A stretch of DNA of 63,024 nt, filler included, from Octopus bimaculoides (taxonomy: Eukaryota): assembly GCF_001194135.2 (NCBI RefSeq). It is 3 parts of 3 records of this genome, joined end to end, with 100 filler letters (N's around TTAATTAATTAA, not from the genome) between each part and the next. Parts side by side here need not be neighbours in the genome. Positions count along the whole stretch, not along the records: positions 1 to 28,881 come from NC_068985.1; positions 28,982 to 58,381 come from NC_068999.1; 1 more part is not named here. One strand, written 5' to 3'. Position 1 is the stretch's first letter, and every line of letters starts with the position of its first letter. This document shows positions 27,093-39,782 of the stretch, piece by piece. The position numbers and the translations under genes were made by a program. Under the pieces are notes generated by a model. The model ran no database searches and was not told the origin of the DNA. It saw only the letters and a program-made list of their open reading frames with translations.

Positions 27093-27988
27093 GCGAGGTC
27101 TGATCAATAAGTATCTGGACTATTGCCATAGTAATGAAGCTAAATCCCGCAGAGTAAAGTTGCGCAACAAAGATTGACTTTGATCTCTGCTATGCATGCG
27201 CACTAAGTTTTAACGTTCTAGCTCACTTCCGCTGTTTACAGCAGTGCTTAGAAGGAAGGTGTGTAGCGTATGATCGTCACGTTGACCATGACAGAGGAAG
27301 TTGTCATGGCGATGCCTGTGCAGAGGCCTACGCAAAGTGGCAGAAAGTGAATGGAGAGGGGTGTATGAGCCGCTCACAAGTGTACGAGTGGTTAAGACGT
27401 TTCCAAGATGACTGACAAAATGTCGATATTGACGAACGTTCTGGGAGACTCGCAACCAGCAGAACTGGGAAACACATCGCAGATGTGCGTGCAGCTATGA
27501 TGGGAAATCGTTGAATCACCATCCGTGAGTTATCAGAGAATGTGCAGATTAGTTACGGTTCAGTTCAGTCCATTATCACTACATATTTTGGTATGAGATG
27601 CGTGCCTGCCACGTTTGTGCCGAAACTGCTTTCAGCTGACCAAAAAGACACACGGGTTTCAGTTGCACAAGATCTCCTGGATTATGTCGAGAACGATGGA
27701 AACTTTTTGAAAACCTTGCGTAGGCACCTGAGTAGGTATCGCCAAGCTTTTGGCAAAATTTGATGCAGATTCTCTGCTCAACTTTCTCTGACATGGTCAA
27801 TGCAACGATCACACGCTACACACCGTGTGCCAAGCAGTGCTGTAAAGAGCGGAAGTGAGCTAGAACATTAAAACTTAGTATGCATATACAACAGAGTTCA
27901 AAGTTAGTTTGTGCCAAGTGGCTTTACTCTGCGTGCTTTAGCTTCGTTACTATGGCAACAGTCCGGATACTTATTGATCAGACTATGT
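27093..27988. mobile_element. Non-autonomous mariner derivative built from two inverted 5' ends
   Basis: ITRs gaggtctgatcaataagtatc / gatacttattgatcagac. The left part encodes HTH remnants (SRSQVYEW, ITIRELSENVQISYGSVQSII, FVPKLL); the right arm encodes MSEKVEQRICIKFCQKLG on the minus strand. Confidence 0.85.
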
Positions 27989-28727
27989 ATGTTTTCTATG
28001 TATATCTGGACTAAGAAAGAGAAAGAAGTAGCATCTTTTGGATATCTTTGTAGTGATGTTTTGACTTGATGTAGATGTGTCTGTTTGTCTGGGGGTGATT
28101 AAGCATAGTCTTGTCATTATTTAACCCCATCTCAACCTTGATCAAATATGGCTATGAAACATCATAGGAAAGAAAAAAGAAAAAAAAAATGAAACAGCCT
28201 CGATTACATGACTGAATTAGCCAGTCTGATAAAAACTAAAGATAACCTCAGACTAAACAAAATCCACCAAACAACACAGAAACAAAACACAGTACAAAAA
28301 ATAATGATAAATCAGAAAGCAACAAAGAAAATATACTAAAGAAAAATAATTTATAAACTTTTTTGTTTTATTCTACTAAAAAGAAAATAAATATATATAT
28401 GAATAAAAATAAAATCATATTTTTTCCAAATGATGATGAGTCTGATAACATGTTATGTTGTTTGGAAGCCACTGGAGACTTCACCTCTATATATATATGT
28501 ATGTTGAAAAATCCAACTTTCTCTGCTGTTGTCATGGAAGTATTTTAGTATTGCAATCTAAAAAGTCTTTTTAATTTTACAGTGTTTCTGCTGTAATAAT
28601 TTTACATGAAGCTTATTTACAGTTGGATTGACTGATTGCCATGAACACAGTAGTGTACTGGTTCATAAGATGCAAACATTTACCTGTAGGCTATCTGCAT
28701 CCACACTCCTACTTATTTACATACACA

Positions 28728-28772
<45 letters not shown>

Positions 28773-28881
28773 AAATACAGAGATGCCTATAATAGAACAT
28801 CTAACCCGCTAGAAAGAGCATCAAAAGACTACATACCACAAAAATAGGGATAATTTCGAAAGGGAATGAAAAATAAAAACA

Positions 28882-28981
28882 NNNNNNNNNNNNNNNNNNN
28901 NNNNNNNNNNNNNNNNNNNNNNNNNTTAATTAATTAANNNNNNNNNNNNNNNNNNNNNNNNNNNNNNNNNNNNNNNNNNNN
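28882..28981. other. Artificial 100-bp scaffold join (44 N + TTAATTAATTAA + 44 N)
   Basis: Identical construct at 58382-58481; the 12-mer gives stop codons in all six frames. Confidence 0.95.
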
Positions 28982-31900
28982 TTCTACAGCTGAGTGAACT
29001 AGAGCAACGTGAAATAAAGTGACTTGCTCAAGAACACAACACGCAGCCCGGTCCGGAATTCGAACTCACAACCTCACGATCGTAAGCTCGACGCTCTAAC
29101 CACTGAGCCGGCCACTTCAGCAATGTGCTGTTGGCGATCTCTTTTCCTTCTTTGGACATTTCCCGTTCTCCTTTCCGACGAAGAGCTATTCTCGAAACGT
29201 CAAACTCTCGCTTTCCACCGAGCGTCAAACTAATACATTCCTTGTGTCCGTCCTCTTGTTGTCTGCTATTTTTAACTCGTCTATTTGAACTGACTACATA
29301 CATACATACATACATACATACATGCATACATACATACATGCATACATACATGCATACACGCACACCCACACACTTTGAAGCTTTTAGATCCATATCATTT
29401 TAAGTCTTCGAGAAATGTGTGAGCGTCACAACAGCTCGATAGCTTTTTATAAATGACCTACTTACGGGACACTTTAATGTCGACGTAGTAACAGATTATA
29501 CTTCGGAGCTGGGTAACGGGACCCTTGTCGATTAAAAAGAGACCATCTAATTTAAAACAGCCTACTAAGCTAATACCTCCCTCGCACGAAACACCCACAC
29601 ACACACCATATATATGAATGTATTTAAGACGTGTGTAAGTGTGTGTGTTTGTTAGTGCATGTGTTTACAAGGGAATTTAAAAAGCTCGTAGATATGTAAA
29701 TGCAATCAGATGCCAGCATTATCGTATGTGAATCTAATAAAATAACAAAATGAGAGCCGTCATACAAACAAACCGTATGCTATCTACTTAAATTATCCGG
29801 CTAATAATGTTAATAAATCGATGCCAGCCGAAAGGATATCTCTACAAAGAAAGCATGAAATACTGCTAATTGAAGTCGGATGAATAAGTCGCAGCCATCA
29901 GCCAGCCGGGCGGATAGGCAAAGGGAGAGAAAGAGAGAGAGANNNNNNNNNNNNNNNNNNNNNNNNNNNNNNNNNNNNNNNNNNNNNNNNNNNNNNNNNN
30001 NNNNNNNNNNNNNNNNNNNNNNNNNNNNNNNNNNNNNNNNNNATGTAATACGTAAACAAACGAGTTAAATACGTAAACAACGAAAAAAAAAAGAATGGAA
30101 AACAGGACAAGTAAACCCAGAAAAAGAACCCTTCATTAGTTGTCGGCTGTCTCTCTACTCTTCATTTCGAGCATTCAATGACAATATCAATCTTCAAAGA
30201 CAGTTGCTCCCATAAATTCCAAAATAAAATTTAGGATTTATGGAGGGTCAAATTTGGGAACAAAAACATGACAGTGGAGATATACAAGGAAACCGAACGA
30301 AGAGAAACATGGAGGGTCGTTAGACCAGAACGAGAGGAAAATAGTGAACGCTGTGTGAAACACTTTTTTCAAAAGAGAAAAGATAGAAGATATATACATA
30401 CATATATATTGAATTTGGCGCTTGCTTTTGAACGGTTTTATATATATACGACGCGCTTCTTTCAGTTTCCGTTTACCAAATCCACTCACAAGGGCAGAGG
30501 CTATAGCAGAATACACTTACCCAGCGTGTCACACAGTGGAACTGAACGCAGGATCATGTGATTAGGAAGCAAGCCACTCTTGCGCCTATATANNNNNNNN
30601 NNNNNNNNNNNNNNNNNNNNNNNNNNNNNNNNNNNNNTATATATATATATATATATTCGAAACGTAAAAGACTTTCTCATTTCCCGAGCGTGAAACTACT
30701 ACTGCTGCTGCGGCGGTTGCGGCTGCTACTGATGATGATGAAGATGTCAGAATATAATCAATAGCCTAAGATTAACCGATTAGTAATAATGACAAATGGC
30801 AACCATAGACAACGGAGGAGTTCCGTAATCCTTTCAAAAGTTCCGTAATCCTTTGCATCATCAAAGAAGGCCGCTTCATTTTCATATAACTGGTCAAAGA
30901 CCAATAAGAATAGTTGGAGATCTTCCTATTAATGATGACGGCCGAAAGACGAAATAAAAAAAAAATGATAAATGGATGGACTCATAAACGATGTAGTACT
31001 AGATGCATACTCTTTTACTCTTTTACTTGTTTCAGTCATTTGACTGTGACCATATATATATATATATATATACGACGCGCTTCCACACAGTTTCCCCTCT
31101 ACCAAAATCTCTCGCAAGGTATCAGTCATCGCGGGGACCCAAGGCATCGTGCAGCAGGACTGAACCCGAAACCTCGTTGTTACAAAGCGAAATTCTTAAC
31201 CACACAGCCATGCCAGCGTCTCTTTGCGGAAAAAGAATGAGCAATGGCGTCATTTTATTTACGCCTGTCTTTCAAAACAAATAAATCTTGTCCACTTAGG
31301 AACTGAAATATCCTTGTCGACTTCACATTTATCTAGAGTCATGTTTGTAGTTAATATCTTCTTTGTTACAAAAACATCATAGTTTATTGTATATTTATTT
31401 ATCTATATATTTATTCCTGTTTGTATGTTCAGTGCTAATATTCTGTTCTGTATCTCGAGAAACATGAATATATAATAAGTTTAGCAAGTGTGAATTGACA
31501 CAAATCTCTGGTGACTGATATAAATATCATACATGGATTTCGACGCCAATTAGATATTATTCATTATCTAAAATCGAGTCTTGTAACCACAATGAGAAGA
31601 TATTTTCAGCCAAGATAAAATTCGTGTGATAATGAAAATGGCGCCGAGCATCCGTTCATAGTGTTACAATGTGTGAAGAGCCAATGAAAGGGGCAGATAA
31701 CTAGGTTAATGTAAATCCTGACCGTTTCTTTTCAGTAGTTCACACAGCTTCTATTCATATACGAAGACAATTCTATTCAAAAACGAAAACATTCAGCTAA
31801 TGAGATCGAATAAAAGAAGCGCCGTCACATACTTTTTCTATCATCAACCGGCGCTGGTGTGGCTGTGTAGTAAGAACTCTTGCTTCCCAACCTCATGGTT

Positions 31901-32413
31901 CCGGGTTCAGTCCCACTGCGTGACATCTTGGGCAAGTGTCTTCTAATATTGCCTTGGGTCGACCAAAGCCTTATGAGTGCATTTAACTGTCGGAAACTGA
32001 AAGAAGCCCGTCGTATATAAATATATGTGTATGTGTGTGTGTTTATCCTCTACCACTGCTTGACAACCGATGCTGGTGTTTACTTCCCCACTACTAGCGG
32101 TTCGGCAAAGGTGACTAATAGAATGAGTACACCAACCTTAAAAAAACAAAAATAACAATTTTGAGTTTGATTCGTTCGAGAAAAAATTCTTCAAGGCGGT
32201 GCCCCAGCATGGCCGCAACCTGATGAATGAAACGAATAAAAGACAAAAGATAAGTCAATTTTACACGTATCTCTTCTTTTATCCTTTATTTTTATCTTTT
32301 ACTTGTTTCAGTCATTGGACTACGGCCATGCTGGGGCACCACCTTGCAAGATTCAGTCAAACTAATCGACTCCGGTATTTGTTTTTTAGGCTGGCACTTA
32401 TTCTATCGATGTC

Positions 32414-32457
32414 TTCTTCTTCTTCTTCTTCTTCTTCTTCTTCTTCTTCTTCTTCTT

Positions 32458-32524
<67 letters not shown>
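32414..32524. repeat. Compound (TTC)n-(ATT)n microsatellite
   Basis: Directly visible. Confidence 0.97.
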
Positions 32525-32527
<3 letters not shown>

Positions 32528-35328
32528 TTTCCCTAACATTCCAAGTAATTGTTTTTGAAGCCTTTTCCTGTCTCTTGTTGGCCGCTGCCTCGTCGGGTTA
32601 CGACCTCCCAGAAAGAGAAAAGTACACAGGGGGTGGGGGTGGGGGGAAACAAAGGTTTTTATGCCACGTGAAAAGAAGCTCATATTTATTGCGGTTATAA
32701 AGTGTAATGCGGTGGGAATCTCCCAGTCGACTTAAGTTCAAACCTGGTTACCACGTTCAAGGTCAAAATATGAGCCACAGAAAGTCGTCCACAATAATTT
32801 CTTTGTGTATTTTCTCAGTTATTTACCCAGCTTTACTAAACTTGTTCAGAATTAATTTTTTTCATTAAGGTTACCATCTCTCAGGTTGCTCTTTCGATAC
32901 ATTTTTTTTGTTTAAGTTGTGTTTTTTTTTGTTTTTTTCAACGGTGCATGCAGGCATTACTGTGTGGTCAAGAAGCTCGCTTTTCAACCACGTTGTTTTG
33001 GGTTCAATCCTGCTGACACAGAAGATATGAAAGAAATATAGATAAGTTTCAACGACTGGAACAGAGACAAACAGTGGAAATGAGGTAATAAATAAAATAT
33101 GAATAAAATCTATAGTTGTAACTGATTTGGTTGTCTTGCTTCGTATGTCAAATGAAGCTGAAAACTTGAAACAAACAAAGATTATTTGTTTGTTTGTTTG
33201 CTTGCTTTTTAGAAAATACACGCGAAAGACAATTTTGATAGAAATTACGTGCTGAAGATATATATATTCAAATTGAAGATCGTTTTTCCTGTAGACACAA
33301 GAATAACATTTGAAAGATCTACATTTAACTGACAGACATTCGTTGTGTGACATAAGACATATACGTACATAATAACTGCACTAGCCAGAATAACTGACAT
33401 ACATTGAAAGAATCGTTGACTTACACAGTAGGTCGTTAACATAATGTCGGGAAGAAAATTAGAAAAATTACCCAGGGATGCTCGGTGCTAGAAAACTTCA
33501 TGGTTTTCTGATTTAGGCACAATGCCAGCAACTACGTTTAAATATATACATATATATATGCACATATACATATATATACATATATAAACACTATATATAN
33601 NNNNNNNNNNNNNNNNNNNNNNNNNNNNNNNNNNNNNNNNNNNNNNNNNNNNNNNNNNNNNNNNNNNNNNNNNNNNNNNNNNNNNNNNNNNNNNNNNNNN
33701 NNNNNNNNNNNNNNNNNNNNNNNNNNNNNNNNNNNNNNNNNNNNNNNNNNNNNNNNNNNNNNNNNNNNNNNNNNNNNNNNNNNNNNNNNNNNNNNNNNNN
33801 NNNNNNNNNNNNNNNNNNNNNNNNNNNNNNNNNNNNNNNNNNNNNNNNNNNNNNNNNNNNNNNNNNNNNNNNNNNNNNNNNNNNNNNNNNNNNNNNNNNN
33901 NNNNNNNNNNNNNNNNNNNNNNNNNNNNNNNNNNNNNNNNNNNNNNNNNNNNNNNNNNNNNNNNNNNNNNNNNNNNNNNNNNNNNNNNNNNNNNNNNNNN
34001 NNNNNNNNNNNNNNNNNNNNNNNNNNNNNNNNNNNNNNNNNNNNNNNNNNNNNNNNNNNNNNNNNNNNNNNNNNNNNNNNNNNNNNNNNNNNNNNNNNNN
34101 NNNNNNNNNNNNNNNNNNNNNNNNNNNNNNNNNNNNNNNNNNNNNNNNNNNNNNNNNNNNNNNNNNNNNNNNNNNNNNNNNNNNNNNNNNNNNNNNNNNN
34201 NNNNNNNNNNNNNNNNNNNNNNNNNNNNNNNNNNNNNNNNNNNNNNNNNNNNNNNNNNNNNNNNNNNNNNNNNNNNNNNNNNNNNNNNNNNNNNNNNNNN
34301 NNNNNNNNNNNNNNNNNNNNNNNNNNNNNNNNNNNNNNNNNNNNNNNNNNNNNNNNNNNNNNNNNNNNNNNNNNNNNNNNNNNNNNNNNNNNNNNNNNNN
34401 NNNNNATATATGTACATATATACATATATATATATGTATGTATATACACGTGCGACACACACACACACCCACACACACACAGATTCACGGACAAGCGCAC
34501 ATACAAAGATATCTGTAGTCAGGGTGCATTTGGTACTACCAGAAGTGTGCGCATGTGTATGTGCGTGTGTGTGTGTGTGTGTGTGTGTGCGTGTGCGTGT
34601 GTGTGTGCTGTAATATTCCCCCAAATACAAACGTAAGAGCAAGCAGACAACAACAAATAAATACACACACATACACACGCATACAAACACACAAACACAC
34701 AAACACAAACACGCACACACACATATAGCAAGCAGACACGCACATACTCACGCACACGCGCCCGAGCGAACGCCACACGGAGATAAGGAAGAGTGCGAAT
34801 CCGCGAGTACAAAAATCTATTCTGTGGCGACAAGTGAAGATAATTTTTTCTCAGCCGGAGGAAACAAACGACTCATTGAAAAGTCATTCTGGTTAGAAAA
34901 TGGCGGGGCTGGGGCGTGAGGGTGGCAGGGTAAAACTAGAACGATTTAACCCAGTTGGAAGTGATGGAAAGGACGGCGGGGATGTGGAGGTTGGTGCGAT
35001 GAATGCACTTGTACTACATAACGTCGCTGTCCATGACACAGTTTGGTGCCACTGACATTTACGTGGCTTACCAGAATAGCAGCCAGTCGCACAAATTCTC
35101 GCTCTTTCACACAAATATGCATATAATACACAATCTGACAATCTACTCACTCTCCGTAGTAACTATATACATATGTGTATGTGTGTGTGTGTGTGTGTGT
35201 GTACGTGTGTCGCACGTGTGTGTGTTTATATATATATATATATATATATTGCTTAATTAAATGGAGTCGCATGAAACGATCGTACTACATTACATACAAA
35301 TATATATATACACACACATTTATATATT

Positions 35329-35800
35329 AGAGCCCTTAGAAAATCGAATAAAGAAGTCACGAATGAGGTAGCTCTACAACAATTTTTAAGAGTGTACCGT
35401 GTGACACCAAATCCGAATACACCACGAGCAGGTAGCTCGTCAGCAGAGCTGATGTCTGCAAGAAAAGCAAAACCAGTCTTTGATAAATTGCTGCCTGGCA
35501 AGAAAAGAAAAAGTACCTGGGAAGACATAGCAAGATTCTTTAAAGTTGTTGAGGGCATACAAGAATGAAAAACAGAGTTGGGAAGATGGCGTAATTACGA
35601 AATGTATAGGTAAAAAGTAGAAAAGGCATATAAAAGAGACACAGGAACCAACTGAAAAAGAGATTCGTGGAAAGCGAACCAAAGAAGTTGGAGAAACCAA
35701 CGGAATGGTTGTACGACACTCTCCAAGTACCAACTGTAGGTGATTGAACCCAGGCGCACAAGAGAGAGGAAAAGAAAACATATAGAGTTCCTGAAAATAG
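35329..35800 (+). mobile_element. Gypsy/Ty3 LTR retrotransposon integrase C-terminal remnant
   Basis: RALRK...LQQFLRVYRVTPNPNTP...SSAELMSARKAKPVFDKLLP, then a frameshift to RAYKNEKQSWEDGVITKCIGK and HRNQLK; this is the usual post-catalytic integrase/SH3-like tail. Confidence 0.75.
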
Positions 35801-35889
35801 ATGCCAAGCGCAAAAAATATTAAATTGCACGAAAAAAAAAAGAAACTCAAAATTATTGCTAAATAAAAGGACATTCCCAAGAAAAACTT

Positions 35890-36080
35890 AAAAGGGGAGA
35901 TGTTGTAAGGAAGTAGTAATAAGGGTACACTCTCGCCACGTGACGAATGGAATAACAAAGTCACTATAAGCGAAGTACATGAAGTACCAGAGTACGTAGT
36001 AGGCGGTCAGAGATAGTCGTGTCTTTACTGGTTTTGTTAAGTATGCTGTATACCGAAGTAGGTGTTATAACAATTCAACA
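35890..36080 (+). mobile_element. Polypurine tract and ~180-bp 3' LTR of the Gypsy remnant
   Basis: aaaaggggaga (35890-35900) is immediately followed by TGTTG (35901) ... CAACA (36080). No matching 5' LTR seen. Confidence 0.65.
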
Positions 36081-36148
36081 AAAGGATTATAACACAACTA
36101 CAGTGAATAAGAAGATAAGTACATCTGCATATATATTTTTTATGATAT

Positions 36149-36388
36149 TTAGACTACCTCTATCTTGACAAGACAACAGTTAGACTACTATTGTCTTTCA
36201 TGTCAGCAATTAGACCACCATTAATATCACACGACAACGGTTAGACAACCAATCATGTTGTATGTTAACTATTAGTCCACAGCTGTTATCAGAGAATAAC
36301 AGCCAGACAAGGGATGTTATCATGTGGCGAAAATTTGACTGAGGTTATCAGACGACAACGGTTCTACAACAGATGTATCATACAACAT
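36149..36388. repeat. Degenerate ~31-bp minisatellite, about 8 units
   Basis: ttagac-type unit starts at 36149, 36180, 36210, 36241, 36272, 36303, 36334 and 36362. Confidence 0.7.
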
Positions 36389-38280
36389 TTAGATTAGCTT
36401 TATTAACATAATTCCTTTTCCTCCGATATTATTTGAAGCACGAATGCTAACATTTATCAAGTACTTATGATACAACTCAGTCGTTAAGTCGCTCGTTTGT
36501 CGACCACGATTTCCACTCAGCGCTTCCTATCTCGCCATTGCCATGGTGATCTGTATAACTTTCAGTTATCTCTTTCATCTAGATCGAAATAAGCGCCATA
36601 TTAGGCTAGAAGTAACATATTTCACAGAACAATGAACGTTTTTATTATAATATTATCTTTTTGCCTTTCTATAAGTACTTTCTATTGTTCGGTTGTGTTA
36701 TTTTAAGATCTGTTAAGGAAGTAGAAGAAACAGTTTAAATGTTGCCGCAGGAACAAACTTTCTATAGATTCTTCGTTCTTATTCAATGAAAGAGATAGTT
36801 CTAAACTGGAAGAAATATCTTTTCCATTGAATAATGGAGAGCTTGAAGCTTATCACACAAGCATTAAGATGCTAGTGAGATTGGCATTAAGACACTTCAC
36901 CGACTTCACAGACCGTTTCTCTAAAAGAAAGCAAACAAAACTGGCAGTGAAAGATCCTGCAAAAACAGCAATTCCTTTAGCATCTTCATTAGTATTCCAA
37001 TTGATGAGATAACAGTGAGTCTTTAAGCTTTCGTGAAACTACTCCTGAATGTGTTGTATATCCGGTCCCAACAACAAAGGAAACGTTGAAAATATGCTAC
37101 ACTCAAAATCTATAGGAGGCAATGAGGGAGTATTAGTAGAAACAACAGCGGAAACTTCTATCAGACGAAATGCCGTGGTCGTAACAAAATACATATTGAG
37201 TAGTATAGTCCAAATATTATATGGTATACTACATCTGAATGAAAAAGACTACGATCATAGTTTGAATGCCTTCGAAAATAGGTGTTCTCGATCAGATTCT
37301 GTTTAGAGATAAACTACAGCAACAACAATCTAAAAATTTAAATATTGAAATGTTAGATATTTCTCTAATTCTCAAAATTGTTGAATTTCAAGATTTAGCG
37401 TCAAAACATAAAAAATTCCCATTAAAAAAAATCAAAACAAACAATCCATATCGTAGTTTTAAAATTAACGGAACACAATATTTTAAAATTTACATTACAA
37501 TATTCCTGGCAAAGACAATTTGACTTAGTACAGTCTTTTCTAAAACAACATCGCCATTAGTCATTCTGTTGCATTAATCTTCGTTTTTATTCGCTTAGAA
37601 CATAGACATTTACAGTTTAAAATGGCGACGTTTTCAATTTGATTCGAGAGAATCTGATTCTAACTACTTTTGCTATGAGCGATATATTTTGCAAATGCTT
37701 GTATACTTAAATTCACTCTCAAAAATAACTAGTTTTCGTATATAAGTGTTGCTACTGCTGCCGCTGTTGTTGTTGTTGCTGCTGCTACTGCTACTGCTAC
37801 TGCTGCTGCTGTTGTAACTGCTTTCTTACAGATAATCGATTGACTGAAACTTCTGATAATAATTTTTGCTCTAACATTGTCTATCTTTGCATAAATTCCT
37901 ACACCATTTGAATTTACGGCATTTTAATAACACTTTAATATCACTTTAATATCACTTTAATATCACTTAGCTGCCATTTTGATGTCATCTTTAATTTCCA
38001 TGCAACAAAGATATCATCATTAATATACATATAAGATTCAAATTTTGGCACAAGGCCAGCAATTCCGGGAGATAGGTTACGTCGATTACATCGACCTCTG
38101 TATCCAACTGGTATTCATTTTATTGTTCCCGAAAGGATGAGAATCAAAGTCAACTTCGGTGGAATTTGAACTCAGAACGTAAAGAAGTACGAAATGCTGT
38201 CGAGTATTTTGCCCGGCGTGCTAACGACTCTGTTAGCTCACCGCCTCGTCATTGTTGTACATATAACCAACACTCACAAA

Positions 38281-38525
38281 CTCATGCGTGCTTATAGTTC
38301 ATACTACCGTAGTCACGTGATCGAAGTTTGAGCTTGATCGCGCCATTTCTCAAAGAAAATAATGTTCTTTGTGGTTGGTTCGTTGATGACCTCTTTCTAG
38401 CATATTGGATGTCCACCTAGTGGTCATCCCTTATACACGTGTAATACAATTTTTTCTGAATTTCAAGATTCTTTTATATGCTAGGCCACTTGGTTTTAAA
38501 TTGAATTAATGTTCAATTTACCACC

Positions 38526-38557
<32 letters not shown>

Positions 38558-38571
38558 ATGTACACACACAC

Positions 38572-38643
<72 letters not shown>

Positions 38644-38762
38644 TGCTTAAGTATTTGCTATTAATCTTTATTTTATATAACGGCCGATTTTGTACAATGG
38701 CGCGATCAGGCTCAAACTTCGATTATGCAACCATAATAGTACCAACTATAAGAACGCATGCG
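38281..38762. repeat. ~70-bp inverted repeat pair enclosing microsatellites (possible MITE)
   Basis: atcgaagtttgagcttgatcgcgccatt (left arm 38281-38349) versus aatggcgcgatcaggctcaaacttcgat (right arm 38696-38762). Confidence 0.7.
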
Positions 38763-39204
38763 CAGAAGGCAGTGTGACAATAATAACGATATGTCATGGC
38801 GAAAGTGTATATATACAAGCACATACATATTCATACACACATTTACGCCGACAAATCCATTATATATGTGCGTGCGTGAGTGCGTGCGTGTACGTTGTGT
38901 GTGTGTGTGTGTGTGTACAGACACAGTTACATCCACACATGTAACATAATATGCATATCGCATCGACAACTCTGACCTTTTGTGTATATGTCAATTAAAG
39001 ATGTTCTCCAAAAAATTCACCTGCTGTGAAGACGCTACATACTCGTGTTACATGAATAATATATTTAGCGCTAACAAACGGAATGTAGTGATTAATTGTA
39101 TTGTAATTACTGAAAACTTCCTCTTGTGTTTGAGACAGGAAAACGTTGCCGTAGTTAGTTATAGCAATTACTCTAGGCAGAGCCGACAACTTCAATATAC
39201 AGTA

Positions 39205-39545
39205 CAATTAATTAAAACATTAAAATTACATTTATGTGAGGCGAAAGAGAAGACATTAAAACAAGAGCAAATTTTTATTACATTCGATCGCTTCAAAGGC
39301 TGAGACAACTCTGAACATGTTTCGATCGTGTTGGACCTCATTAGCAACACTAGGAGCTTTTGTGTGTTTACAGTTAATTAAAAGATTAAAATTACAATTC
39401 CGCATTTAGTGAGATGAGGGAAAGGAAAGACATTAAAATGAGGGCTAATTTTTGATTACATTCGATAGCTTCAAACGCTGAGGCAACTCAGAGCATGTTT
39501 TGATCTTATTGGACCTCATTAGCAACAACCTTTGTGTATCTACTA
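39205..39545. repeat. Diverged tandem duplication of a ~170-bp unit
   Basis: ttacattcgat(c/a)gcttcaaa...ttggacctcattagcaac occurs twice in direct orientation. Confidence 0.75.
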
Positions 39546-39782
39546 AGACGTATTATAAGAAAATTATCATATGGATGCGTAATATTTTATATGGATTGGC
39601 GTGACAAGGTAACGTAACGAGCGGGGGAAATTTTCCCAGGGACGTCATTCGCAAGTAATCTACGGAAAGCAAAATAAGTAGCAACGGCTGAGTTAAGTGT
39701 ACTAGATATGTAGGAAATGGTTTACGGGGAGTAACAAGAATACGTGTTTCTATGGAATTGTTAATATGTATTTATCTACTTA

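Noticed and set aside
28926-28937. Palindromic TTAATTAATTAA inside gaps (also 58426-58437)
   Set aside because: Assembly linker, not biological sequence.
29150-29285. Penelope-like tail motifs (gacgaagagc...cgaaacgtc; also near 3020, 7715-7900, 30060-30400, 30660)
   Set aside because: Only short terminal motifs; no RT or GIY-YIG peptide was found to confirm the class.
36149-36388. Regularly spaced repeat superficially like a CRISPR array
   Set aside because: Eukaryotic context, degenerate tandem units with no repeat/unique-spacer structure, and no cas genes.
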